From NCBI GenBank assembly GCA_951813855.1, contig OX638380.1, positions 386,876 to 450,875 on the forward strand: 64,000 nt of DNA. The letters run 5' to 3'. The notes under the pieces were generated by a model. It was not told the origin of the DNA and did not search any database. It saw only the letters and a program-made list of their open reading frames with translations. How positions within the stretch are numbered: the stretch's first letter is position 1; every line of letters starts with the position of its first letter. The translations under genes and the position numbers were made by a program. The stretch is from an uncultured Verrucomicrobiae bacterium. GTDB lineage: Bacteria; Verrucomicrobiota; Verrucomicrobiia; Limisphaerales; AAA164-E04. Shown here piece after piece: positions 29,840 to 38,649 of this stretch.

Positions 29840-31243
29840 ATGAAATCCCGGAACTGGCGAATCCTACCCCGACGCGCGGCGGGCGCACTGGGCTTGTTGA
29901 CGATCGCGCTGCAACTAGCCGCCGACGACCAAAGCCTGGTCCGATTCCTCAACGGCTCTTCGCTGCACGGCGAAATGGCTTCCCTTTCCCTGAAGGAAGG
30001 CTTGGAGTGGCGGCATCCCGACGCCGTCGGGCCCTTGAACATCCCCTACCGTTCCCTGGGCTCCATCCGGTTCAACCCCGAACAGACCTGGCAAGGCGGC
30101 CGCACGACCCAATGCCGGTTCCGTTTCGTCAACGGCGACGAAATCTACGGCAAGATCGTGGGCATGGACCAACATTTCATCGAACTGGAAACCTGGTTCG
30201 GCGGCGGGTTGCGGGCGCGCCGGGAAAACGTGCGGAACATCACCTTTCTGCAAAACGGCTACCGCATCCTGTACGAAGGCCCCAATGCCATGAACGAATG
30301 GGTTCGGGGAAAGAGTCCCAACGACTGGACCTACCGGGACGGCGTGCTCTGCGCCAACTCGCGGGGAGTCATCGGCCGGGACCTGGGCTTGCAGAATTCC
30401 TGCAGCTTGGCCTTCGACTTGCACTGGGAGCAGGACTTTTATCTGACGATCATCATGCATACGAAAACGCTGGATCGCCACGATTACCGCCAAGGCGCCT
30501 ATTTATTCTCCCTGCGGCCGCAATCCATTTCGTTTCAACGCATTCAGCCCGGCTCGGGCACGGTCATGCTGGGCACGGCCTCTCTGGAACATCTGAACGA
30601 CCGGAAACGGGCCCGTTTCGACTTTCGCACCCACCGCGAAAAATCGCAGTTCGCGGTGCTGGTCGACGACAAACCGCTGGCCACTTGGAAAGACGCCCGA
30701 GGATTCGTGGGCGAAGGCGGAGGCGTAGCCTTTTCCCTGTGGGGTTCGAACCGCAGCACGAAACTGGCCCTCAGCCGCATGCTGGTCACCGAATGGGACG
30801 GGCTCAACGAACCCGAGTTCGAAAATTCCGATCAGGAACTGACCAACGGCCTGCTTCTTGTCAATCAAGACCGGCCGATGGGAAAAGTCCGGGGCATCCA
30901 AGATGATTTTCTGAAGTTCCACCTGCGCGACCGCTTCGACGTCGATATTCCTCTGGAACGCATTCGCCAGATCCATTTGCGCTCCTCGCCCGAAACCCCG
31001 CTGGACCGTTCGGAGCGGGAAATCCGGGTTTCGATGTACGGCGGCGGAAGGCTTTCCTTCGAACTGAATACTTGGACCGACGCCCTGATCAAAGGAGTGA
31101 GTCCGACTTTCGGCCGGCTTAATTTCAATCCCGAGACGATCCGGCAATTGGATCTCAATCTGCACCGTCATCCGCTCCAAGGCAAGTCCCTGCAGAACTC
31201 CTCCGGCGATCTTTGGCCGATCGATACCGATACCGGTCAATGA
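29840..31243 (+). CDS. secreted protein of unknown function (paralog A)
   Basis: Signal peptide (RILPRRAAGALGLLTIALQLAADD). Shares repeated motifs with the next gene: LNGSSLHGEMASL.../HNGDVLAGTLQSI...; FVNGDEIYGKIVGMDQHFIELETWFGG/LADGDELVGRLEELNADQVTMQTRYGG. Confidence 0.6.
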   Translation: MKSRNWRILPRRAAGALGLLTIALQLAADDQSLVRFLNGSSLHGEMASLSLKEGLEWRHPDAVGPLNIPYRSLGSIRFNPEQTWQGGRTTQCRFRFVNGDEIYGKIVGMDQHFIELETWFGGGLRARRENVRNITFLQNGYRILYEGPNAMNEWVRGKSPNDWTYRDGVLCANSRGVIGRDLGLQNSCSLAFDLHWEQDFYLTIIMHTKTLDRHDYRQGAYLFSLRPQSISFQRIQPGSGTVMLGTASLEHLNDRKRARFDFRTHREKSQFAVLVDDKPLATWKDARGFVGEGGGVAFSLWGSNRSTKLALSRMLVTEWDGLNEPEFENSDQELTNGLLLVNQDRPMGKVRGIQDDFLKFHLRDRFDVDIPLERIRQIHLRSSPETPLDRSEREIRVSMYGGGRLSFELNTWTDALIKGVSPTFGRLNFNPETIRQLDLNLHRHPLQGKSLQNSSGDLWPIDTDTGQ

Positions 31244-32613
31244 GCGATCCCTGGACCAACCGAGTCATGCCGGCGGTCACGGCCGCCCTGCTCTGCCTGG
31301 CGGCGCCGTCGGGACAGGCGCAAGCCCAGTACCGGGACGTCTTGCATTTGCACAACGGTGACGTCTTGGCCGGCACCCTCCAATCGATCTTGCCCGAAGA
31401 AGGTGTGCTTTGGCAGTACGATCCGGATTTTCCTTCGGTTCAATTCCGCTACGAAGCGGTTCGAAAAATCCAATTGCAACCGGTGATGCCTCCGGTCGAA
31501 CCGGAATCGTTTCAAGGTCTGTTCCGGCTCGCCGACGGCGACGAACTGGTCGGGCGGCTGGAGGAACTGAACGCCGACCAGGTGACGATGCAAACCCGCT
31601 ACGGGGGCCAGCTGAGCTTTCACCGGAACCGTTGGCAATGGGTTCTGTTCGACGACGAGCCGGTCGAATCCGTGTTCTCCGGTCCGAAGGGACTGGAAGG
31701 ATGGACCCGCAGCGACGTGTCGGTGCAGCATCTGGAAAGCGGGAGATGGCTCTACCAGGACCAAGCGTTCTATGCTCACAGGGCGGCGTCCATCGCCCGG
31801 GACGTCAAACTGCCCGACGTGGCCCGGATCCGGTTCGATTTTCAATGGAAAGGCATTCCCAATCTCGCCCTCGCCCTCTACACCGACTATTTGCATCCCG
31901 TCAATCTGGGAGATCTGGCGGCCGAACCGAAATTTGGAGGGTTCTACAGCCTGCAGTTTCTGCACAATTACGCCAACGTGCTGGTGGTGGAACAGAACGC
32001 GCAATTGCAACGCTTGGGATTGGGGCAGATCCAGGTGCCGGCGTTCGTCGGCAAAAATCGGGCGAGCATCGATATCCGCGTCAACAAACCCCAAGCGAGC
32101 TTAGCCCTGCTGGTCGACGACAAACTGGTAAAAATCTGGGTGGACAACAACGGATTTTCCGGTGAAGGCACAGGGATCCGGCTGGTGCATCAAGGCATGG
32201 GCTCCTCGATTCGAGTCAGCCAATTAAGAATCGAACCCTGGAACGGCCAACTGGAACAACCGCCGGCGATTCGGGCCAAGGAAACTTCGGACGCCCTTAC
32301 CCGGCGCGACGGTGAGCGGCGGGAAGGCGAGATTCAGACCATTCGGGACGGAAAGGTTCAGCTCGCCTCGGATCAAGAGCCGGTCGAATTGCCGTTGGCC
32401 GACATTCGAAAAATCGAATTTGGCGGCATTCCGAACGGTCCGGTCCAACCACAAGCCGACGAACTGACGGTCACGGCCAAGTTTGCCGGCCGAGGCCTAA
32501 TCCGGTTGAAACTGAGAGAACTGCGCGAGGGACGCTTGCTGGGCGACAGTCCGAATTACGGCCCGCTGGATCTCGATCTCCGCATGTTTGAGGAATTGCT
32601 CTTCGGCCCGTAA
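31240..32613 (+). CDS. secreted protein of unknown function (paralog B)
   Basis: MSDPWTNRVMPAVTAALLCLAAPSGQAQAQ signal. ATG 31240 overlaps the upstream stop (ATGA 31240-31243). Paralogous to 29840..31243. Confidence 0.6.
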   Translation: MSDPWTNRVMPAVTAALLCLAAPSGQAQAQYRDVLHLHNGDVLAGTLQSILPEEGVLWQYDPDFPSVQFRYEAVRKIQLQPVMPPVEPESFQGLFRLADGDELVGRLEELNADQVTMQTRYGGQLSFHRNRWQWVLFDDEPVESVFSGPKGLEGWTRSDVSVQHLESGRWLYQDQAFYAHRAASIARDVKLPDVARIRFDFQWKGIPNLALALYTDYLHPVNLGDLAAEPKFGGFYSLQFLHNYANVLVVEQNAQLQRLGLGQIQVPAFVGKNRASIDIRVNKPQASLALLVDDKLVKIWVDNNGFSGEGTGIRLVHQGMGSSIRVSQLRIEPWNGQLEQPPAIRAKETSDALTRRDGERREGEIQTIRDGKVQLASDQEPVELPLADIRKIEFGGIPNGPVQPQADELTVTAKFAGRGLIRLKLRELREGRLLGDSPNYGPLDLDLRMFEELLFGP

Positions 32614-33218
32614 TCTCCACCCCAGCCGCGGCTCGATCAAGCCCAACGTTTCGGTTGGCAAACTTAAACCGTCCCCTTGCGGCTCCGGGATTGAATACTC
32701 CGGCCGATCAATGATCGTCCAAGTTCAACCGTCCGGGATGAACTGAGCTTACCTCCGTTTTTCGGAAAACCGCTCCCCCTATTTTGCCCCTTCCTAACCA
32801 ACCCGCATCTAATCGTCGGCGCAAGCTTCAGCCGGCCCGAAGTCTTTAATTTTGATTGATCCTCGATGGCCGAGGCGCCTTCCCTTTCAATCGATCAGCA
32901 AAGTGATTCTCGATTCCCGGATGATTTCGCTTCGAGTCGCCGCAGGTCACAACGCGCCGATACGCGACCGCACGGACACCGGCGACGCTTGAGCCATCGT
33001 TCCGGTCCTATTCCCCGTTGTTCATCGCCTCTCAAAAATTATCCATAAGTCGCATCCGATCAATCCAGACACGACAGCGCCCAGTTGCAGATCTCGAGAT
33101 ACCGCCTACTATTGATTCGGCTTCGACAAGTCGAACGATCTCGAACCTGAACTTTGAAGGAATAGCTTTCGGGCTTCGAGAACCGTTCCATTATCCCGGT
33201 CTGTTCTCGACAATAGAT

Positions 33219-34138
33219 TCAACTCTTGTCGATTAAAAACAAGAACTCGTGATGAGGAGACTCCGTTTTGCACAGCCATTCATGGGTCCATTTCATGCCG
33301 GCCATGACGTTGCGCTGGTAATCCAACTTCACGACGTCAACCAGGGTGCCGCATTCGGTTAAAACCCGGTTAATATCTTCAGCCGTGCCTCGCCCCCCGG
33401 AACTGTACGACAAAATCACCCACCTGGCAGAAGTAGCTTTAATCAAGCGTTCGAGCGCCTCAACCGCCAGAAATCTCCCCGAACGTTCGTTACTCTTGAA
33501 TTCTTCGAACACCGATCCCGCAATCCGATCTGAAGAATCGCAGCACCGTTTTGCCTTTCCGAATAAATCCGGGCAGTCATTCAAACACACCGTAGTCCAC
33601 AAGTGATAGTAGGAAGCGTAGCGAACGTGTGACGGCGGCATTTTCTCGTTATTGGAACCGTAAGGCGGATCGAAATAAGCCAGATCGACATCGGCGCCGC
33701 AAATATCGAAAACGTCTTTCCTCGTCACTTCGTTCGGACGGTCCGTAACGAATACCTTGGGAACTTCAAGGACCAAATCGTTGTATGATCTGGCGGACCA
33801 AGTGTTCAAATAAAAAACGAAATGCCCGATGGTGTTATCGACCCGGTCCAAGGCCAGTATCAAACTGGAAAGAGCGACAGCTCGTTCCAATGGAGATAAA
33901 GCCAATCTATCGATTTCATGACGAATACCGTCGAGCTTTCTAGTGTTATGGATCTGCCACGGCTTCTTGAGACCGGACGGTTGCAATGCACTGCCGCCAT
34001 TCCGGTCTCCCCCATAGTGTTCCGTAAACCAACCGTCCTTTGGTGAAACTTCATTCAAGCGTCGTATCAGCTTGGCATAACGACTCTCCGGATATTGGTT
34101 TTGAAGATAACACATTCCGAATACCAGCGACCAAATAG
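33219..34138 (-). pseudogene. D12-class (Dam-like) N6-adenine DNA methyltransferase, C-terminal fragment (residues about 76-381), separated from its N-terminus by IS insertion
   Basis: Contains the catalytic motif FDPPYGSNN. It begins exactly at the 9-bp duplicated target ACCAAATAG (34130-34138). It joins in frame with fragment 38031..38265 (…CNDVAIW|SLVFGMCYLQ…). Confidence 0.85.
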
Positions 34139-34317
34139 TGTCAAGTCCAAAAGTCAAAATCCATAGTTGATTTCTTTAAAAACTAAAAAAAATAATTTCA
34201 AATTAGATCGGAATAAATGGTTAAATCGACATATTTATCTTAAATTGTATTTTTTTTGATCTTTTACAGAATTCAAGACGCACCCCTCCCATTCTTGACA
34301 TTGATTTGGCGATTTAG

Positions 34318-35531
34318 TCAAGCCGCTTTCGGACGAACCAATGGCTTGGAGAGACGCTGCAGCTCCTTGTTTCGAACGAGGCTGCCAAGGCGACAACAAT
34401 TGGCACAGAGAACGGCTAGAGCTACGGTGCGTTTGAATCCGTCTGAGCCGTAGGAGTAGACTCGATTGAGGCCTCGGTGTTCCAAATGGTTGATGGCTGA
34501 TTCGACAGCGGGATGTTGCTTCCGGGCGGTTTTGAAAGCCTCGGCAGTCTCGCGTTCTTGCTCCTTTTTGGTAAGTTTCCCTTTTTTAGGCAAGGTTACT
34601 TCTGGAACCATCTCCCGGAGTTTCTCCTGATTAAGTGGATTATGAAACCCTTTGTCGAAACTGCAACTGAACAAGTCTGGAAATAGTTTTTTGGTCTCCT
34701 CGAGGATCGGGATGGCCACGTGCACATCCTCTTCTTGCCACATGACCCGATAAGTCAAAACAAATTGGTGTTGATCTTCCACGATGCAAACGGGCACCCC
34801 GAGTTCTACCGGTTTGCCTGCCTTTCCTTTCTGGATCCACCGCGTATGAGGTTCGAATACGGAATAGATCTTTTCGTCCGCCGGAATGGTTTCTCCTTGT
34901 AGAATTCGCCGATCCGCTTGTCGCGACAAGAGACGACCGCATTTCAAAAAACCTTGGATTTGCCGGTGTTTTTTCGCCTTGATCTTCTTTTTCTCCCTCA
35001 GCCGATCCCACGACGCACTGGCTCGCTCCAGGATTTGGTCGCAGGCCTTCAGATAAGCCTGGACCTGGTCGAGACGGCGGTTCGCCAGCTGAGCGGTGCG
35101 AACGGAAAAAAACAATTTCCGAATCTTCTTCAGCCAATGGTGACTTTGCCTCCACCCCTTCAGGTTCCGTTTTTTGCATTCCCGAATCAGAGTTCGAATG
35201 CAATCATAGAGCAAATTGAGATCGGTGGGATAATGGACATCCGTTTCCACCACGAACGAATCGCAACGCGTTTTGAGTTGGTCCCCTTCTTGATGCCCCG
35301 CAACCTGCTGCCCATGCTTGACGATCAGCAAGTTGATTTCCTCAATCAATTCGGGAGTCAAGAGATTGACGTTTTGAATCACGGTGGTTCGTTTATATTC
35401 TCCCCCCGGTTCGAAATCACCATGGCCTAAGACAAATCGCAACTGCTTATGATAATTAGCGAGGGTTAGCAAAAGATCGTAATTGCATCTTAAACTGTGT
35501 TTGATGAGAGCCAGAACTGGAATCGTCCAGG
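34318..35531 (-). pseudogene. outer-IS DDE transposase, C-terminal fragment (DUF772/IS5-like)
   Basis: ...AAWTIPVLALIKHSLRCNYDLLLTLANYHKQLRFVLG... CDSFVVETDVHYPTDLNLLYD ... SFDKGFHNP ... AVESAINHLEHRGL, an IS5-superfamily DDE pattern. The apparent GTG start of the listed ORF lies inside the inner IS inverted repeat. Confidence 0.75.
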
Positions 35532-37623
35532 CAGCAATTCCCACTGAAGAAGAAAATCCAGTAAAAACAAGGGTTTTCTCGATCTGGTTTTCGCGCTGCT
35601 TTTTTCAAATATTTTCAGCATTTCTTCCAAAACTATGCTACATTAATGGTGGTTTCGTTGTAATCGCTGTTTTTTCGTATCTTTTCCTGACCAAAACGTG
35701 ATTTGACGCTTTTTGGCCCTGGATCTGGTGCCATAATTCGTCTTAACCTGTTCTCCCGACGTATTTTTCGGCCAGAAAAGCCCTCCGAGAGGATCTCGAG
35801 TTGTTCTCGAACTCAGGAGTCTGCGATCTGCCGGGATCTCAGCGTCAGTCCCATGTTTTGATTCCGTTCGACGTGCCGACCGGCCTGATCCGTCGTGGAA
35901 CAAGCCGATCCTCACAACCAATCAACGAAAGGTTTTCCTTGGTGAAATTCCGCAAAAAATTACTTAAACCCAATATCCTCGGGAGGATTTGGGGGTGTTT
36001 TCGCCTCGTTCCACGCCCCTGCCGCAAAAGCAGGTACGAGGTCACCGACCATTTGATGAGCGCGTTTGTGGCGTTGCAGCAGAAATTTTCATCGTTACTG
36101 GGCTTTGACGAAGCCACTCGAAGTCGGAAACGAAAGGGTATGAGCCGAAGAACCCGGGCTAACTTGCGCAAACTGTATCGTATCAAACGAGTGCCTTCTG
36201 ATTCGGGATTACGCAAATTCCTGGATCGGATCAATCCCATTCATCTTCGATCCGCGTTCCTGGAACTGTTTCGGATGTTACAACGAAACGGAGTGTTGAA
36301 GCGATATTGGTGGGAAGACAAGCATTATCTCGTGTCGATAGACGGCACCGGGGTTTTCTCTTCCAACCATCTTCACTGTGAACACTGCTGTCAAAAACAA
36401 CACGAAAACGGTGCGATCACCTATTACCATCAAGCCGTGGGAGCCGCCGTGGTTCATCCGGACCAGTCGGAGGTTATTCCGCTAGCGCCAGAGCCGATCA
36501 GCAAGCAATTAATCGGTTCGGAAGCCGACCCGGAGGTGGGCCCGAAGGACGAGGAACTCACCGACTTTCCATACCGGTATACGGACCGTTACCGGTGGGA
36601 AAGCAGCAATAAATGGCTCATCAACGATTGCGAGAGCCGAGCCATCCGGCGGTTGGTCACCAGACTTCATCGGGAACATCCCCGCCTGAAGATCGTCGTA
36701 TTGGCCGATGGGCTTCATTCCAACGCCACGTTTATCAAGCTCCTGAAACGGTATCGAATGTCCTTTATCATCGTCGCCAGACCAAGCAATCACGAACATT
36801 TATTCGAGCTATTTGTGAAAGCGGATGAGACCGGTGAATCCCACCGGCTCGTATGCTGGGACAAAGCTGGCGTTAAGTATACGTACATCTGGGTGAATCA
36901 ACAGCCGCTGAACCAAGCTAATCCCGAGCTTAAAATTAATTTTTTATGGTGCGAAATCGAAGCTCCGGGTGAAAAGCCAGCGATTTTTTCTTGGGTCACT
37001 GATTGGGAAATTAATGACTCCAACGTTCAAAAAATAGCGCAGGCCGGTCGCAGCCGGTGGCAAATCGAGGATACTTTTAATAGTTTGAAAAATCGCGGGT
37101 ACCAGTTGGAGCATAATTATGGCCACGGAAAAGAACATCTCTCCACGGTTTTTCTGTTTTTGATGATGCTGGCGGTGCTGGTAGATCAAATGGAACTGAT
37201 CGCTTGTACTCTCTTTAAACGGGCGCCTCAGATGATCGGATCGCTCCAGGAAGTCTGGATTGAAATCAGATGCCATCTTCGCATGCATTGTCTCACGGAT
37301 TGGAACCATCTCTACCAGTTACTCGTGTATGGGATGCTCGACTTCGTGCCTAAACCTGCCGCCCCCACCTAGTCGGCGATATTCAGACCGAGATCGCTAG
37401 TCGGCGACCTCAAAAAAAAACTCGATTTAGATCGAGCTAGGAGTGGTGCGTTCTGAGCTCGTTCGTCGGTCGGGCGAAACGCAAAATAAATCACCTGGTC
37501 AAGGGAAAAAACGAAATTTCATCTGAAATCAGGCTTGAAAATCCGCTTTTCAACCGTATTTAACATATTTACAAATAATTTTTTCACAATTACAATTTGG
37601 CCTGACTTCAGTGGGAATTGCTG
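35532..37623 (+). mobile_element. IS4-superfamily insertion sequence (2092 bp) nested inside the outer IS transposase gene
   Basis: Perfect 18-bp terminal inverted repeats CAGCAATTCCCACTGAAG (35532-35549; reverse complement at 37606-37623). Perfect 9-bp TSD TCGTCCAGG (35523-35531 / 37624-37632). Confidence 0.9.
35801..37372 (+). CDS. IS4-superfamily DDE transposase
   Basis: ...HYLVSIDGTGVFSS (D1)...KIVVLADGLHSNATFI (D2)...GRSRWQIEDTFNSLKNRGYQLEH (Y-R-E-K-type box). The true start may be an internal Met (e.g. MSAFVALQQ near 36057). Confidence 0.75.
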   Translation: MFSNSGVCDLPGSQRQSHVLIPFDVPTGLIRRGTSRSSQPINERFSLVKFRKKLLKPNILGRIWGCFRLVPRPCRKSRYEVTDHLMSAFVALQQKFSSLLGFDEATRSRKRKGMSRRTRANLRKLYRIKRVPSDSGLRKFLDRINPIHLRSAFLELFRMLQRNGVLKRYWWEDKHYLVSIDGTGVFSSNHLHCEHCCQKQHENGAITYYHQAVGAAVVHPDQSEVIPLAPEPISKQLIGSEADPEVGPKDEELTDFPYRYTDRYRWESSNKWLINDCESRAIRRLVTRLHREHPRLKIVVLADGLHSNATFIKLLKRYRMSFIIVARPSNHEHLFELFVKADETGESHRLVCWDKAGVKYTYIWVNQQPLNQANPELKINFLWCEIEAPGEKPAIFSWVTDWEINDSNVQKIAQAGRSRWQIEDTFNSLKNRGYQLEHNYGHGKEHLSTVFLFLMMLAVLVDQMELIACTLFKRAPQMIGSLQEVWIEIRCHLRMHCLTDWNHLYQLLVYGMLDFVPKPAAPT

Positions 37624-37846
37624 TCGTCCAGGCACTCATGCCTGGACGACCGAATCCTTGGTCGCCGAACTGTTGAAAATGATTTTCCAGCAGCTGCTGT
37701 ATCTGGAGCCATAATGATTCGTTACCATAAACACTCTGTAGCCCAATCAAGATTCGAACGACGCCATCACGTTGCGTGGGGTCGAACTTAATTTCCTCGA
37801 AGGGTACGGGTTGAAATGCGGGTTGAGTGCTTCTGAAGATTCTCAT
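37624..37846 (-). pseudogene. outer-IS DDE transposase, N-terminal fragment (74 aa)
   Basis: MRIFRSTQPAFQPVPFEEIKFDPTQRDGVVRILIGLQSVY...GFGRPGMSAWT, a DUF772-like GRPG motif. It joins in frame to ...IPVLALIKH at 35522 after removal of the inner IS plus one TSD copy, giving a 475-aa protein. Confidence 0.75.
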
Positions 37847-38030
37847 GTTAGGAATCGAATATTAGTCTCAAAGATGCTGACAATTGGTCTCAAGGACGCT
37901 GAAAGTCCATTTTTCAGGTAAAAATCAAAGTTCCGACTCGAATGTTAGACAAATAAATCGAACAAAATGTTACAAAAAAAACCGCTTGAAATGCAGGATT
38001 TATTGAAAAATCGTCCCTTTTGGACCAGAC

Positions 38031-38265
38031 ACCAAATAGCAACATCATTGCATAAAACGCGGTATCCGGATTTGGCAAATGCTTGCGAAACCCTTGTCGA
38101 ACCGGCAAATCCATCAAGAATCGTCGTTGCTTCAGTTCGGTTGGCCAGTTCTAAAATATAAGGCAGCAACCTTAACTTGGAACCCGCATATTTAATCCCT
38201 TGAGTTGCGGGCGCATCGATCACCAGGTCCGGAAATAAAGACGAATAGGTAGACGACAAGCTCAT
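38031..38265 (-). pseudogene. D12-class DNA adenine methyltransferase, N-terminal fragment (78 aa)
   Basis: GIKYAGSKLRLLPYIL (xYxGSK motif) and ILDGFAGSTRVSQAF (FxGxG SAM motif). It ends in the duplicated target ACCAAATAG (38031-38039), after which the ORF reads into the IS end. Confidence 0.85.
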
Positions 38266-38498
38266 TTCATTCCTTCCTGTTGTTTCTTCAGTAGAATATT
38301 GGGATTAATAACCGCTAAATCAAACTCATGATCCTGATCTGATGAAACTGGCGCTTTAGCAAACAAAGATACCAACTGTTTATGATGCGAATAGTCAATC
38401 CATTTACCGGTATTCCTGTCAAAATAATTACGGCCCCTTTTGGCATGGGGCCAATAGCTTCGATGAAGCGCGTTAGCTTGGGCGTCACCATCTCGCAC
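38262..38498 (-). CDS. small ORF of unknown function, translationally coupled to the methyltransferase start
   Basis: 78 aa with a GTG start. Its TGA overlaps the MTase ATG (ATGA at 38262-38265). No recognisable domain; could be a remnant of a larger gene. Confidence 0.3.
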   Translation of the reverse strand: MRDGDAQANALHRSYWPHAKRGRNYFDRNTGKWIDYSHHKQLVSLFAKAPVSSDQDHEFDLAVINPNILLKKQQEGMK

Positions 38499-38649
38499 CT
38501 CACAGATGCGCCGATAGCCACCTGAAGAGACGGTTCATAGAAAAAATCCCCTTAAACGCCACTCACCGAATGGTATTGGAATAAATCAATGAATCTCGTC
38601 CCGTAGGGAGATTCACATGAATTGTTGCCGGTGGGAATTGAGGCTAGGA

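Larger units (their letters stand above)
34139..38030 (-). mobile_element. IS5/IS1182/ISNCY-like insertion sequence (about 1.79 kb without its passenger), itself interrupted by a second IS
   Basis: Flanked by the perfect 9-bp direct repeat ACCAAATAG (34130-34138 / 38031-38039). Imperfect terminal IRs: (T)GTCAAGTCCAAAAG / GTCTGGTCCAAAAG. Its transposase gene is in two pieces, 37624..37846 and 34318..35531. Confidence 0.75.

Noticed and set aside
38621-38640. GCCGGTGGGAATTGAGG next to the Tn5-like IS resembles the inner IS4-like element's terminal repeat (CAGTGGGAATTGCTG), a possible solo IR remnant
   Set aside because: Only a 10-11-nt core (GTGGGAATTG) matches, and there is no supporting second end or TSD. 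Chance similarity cannot be excluded.
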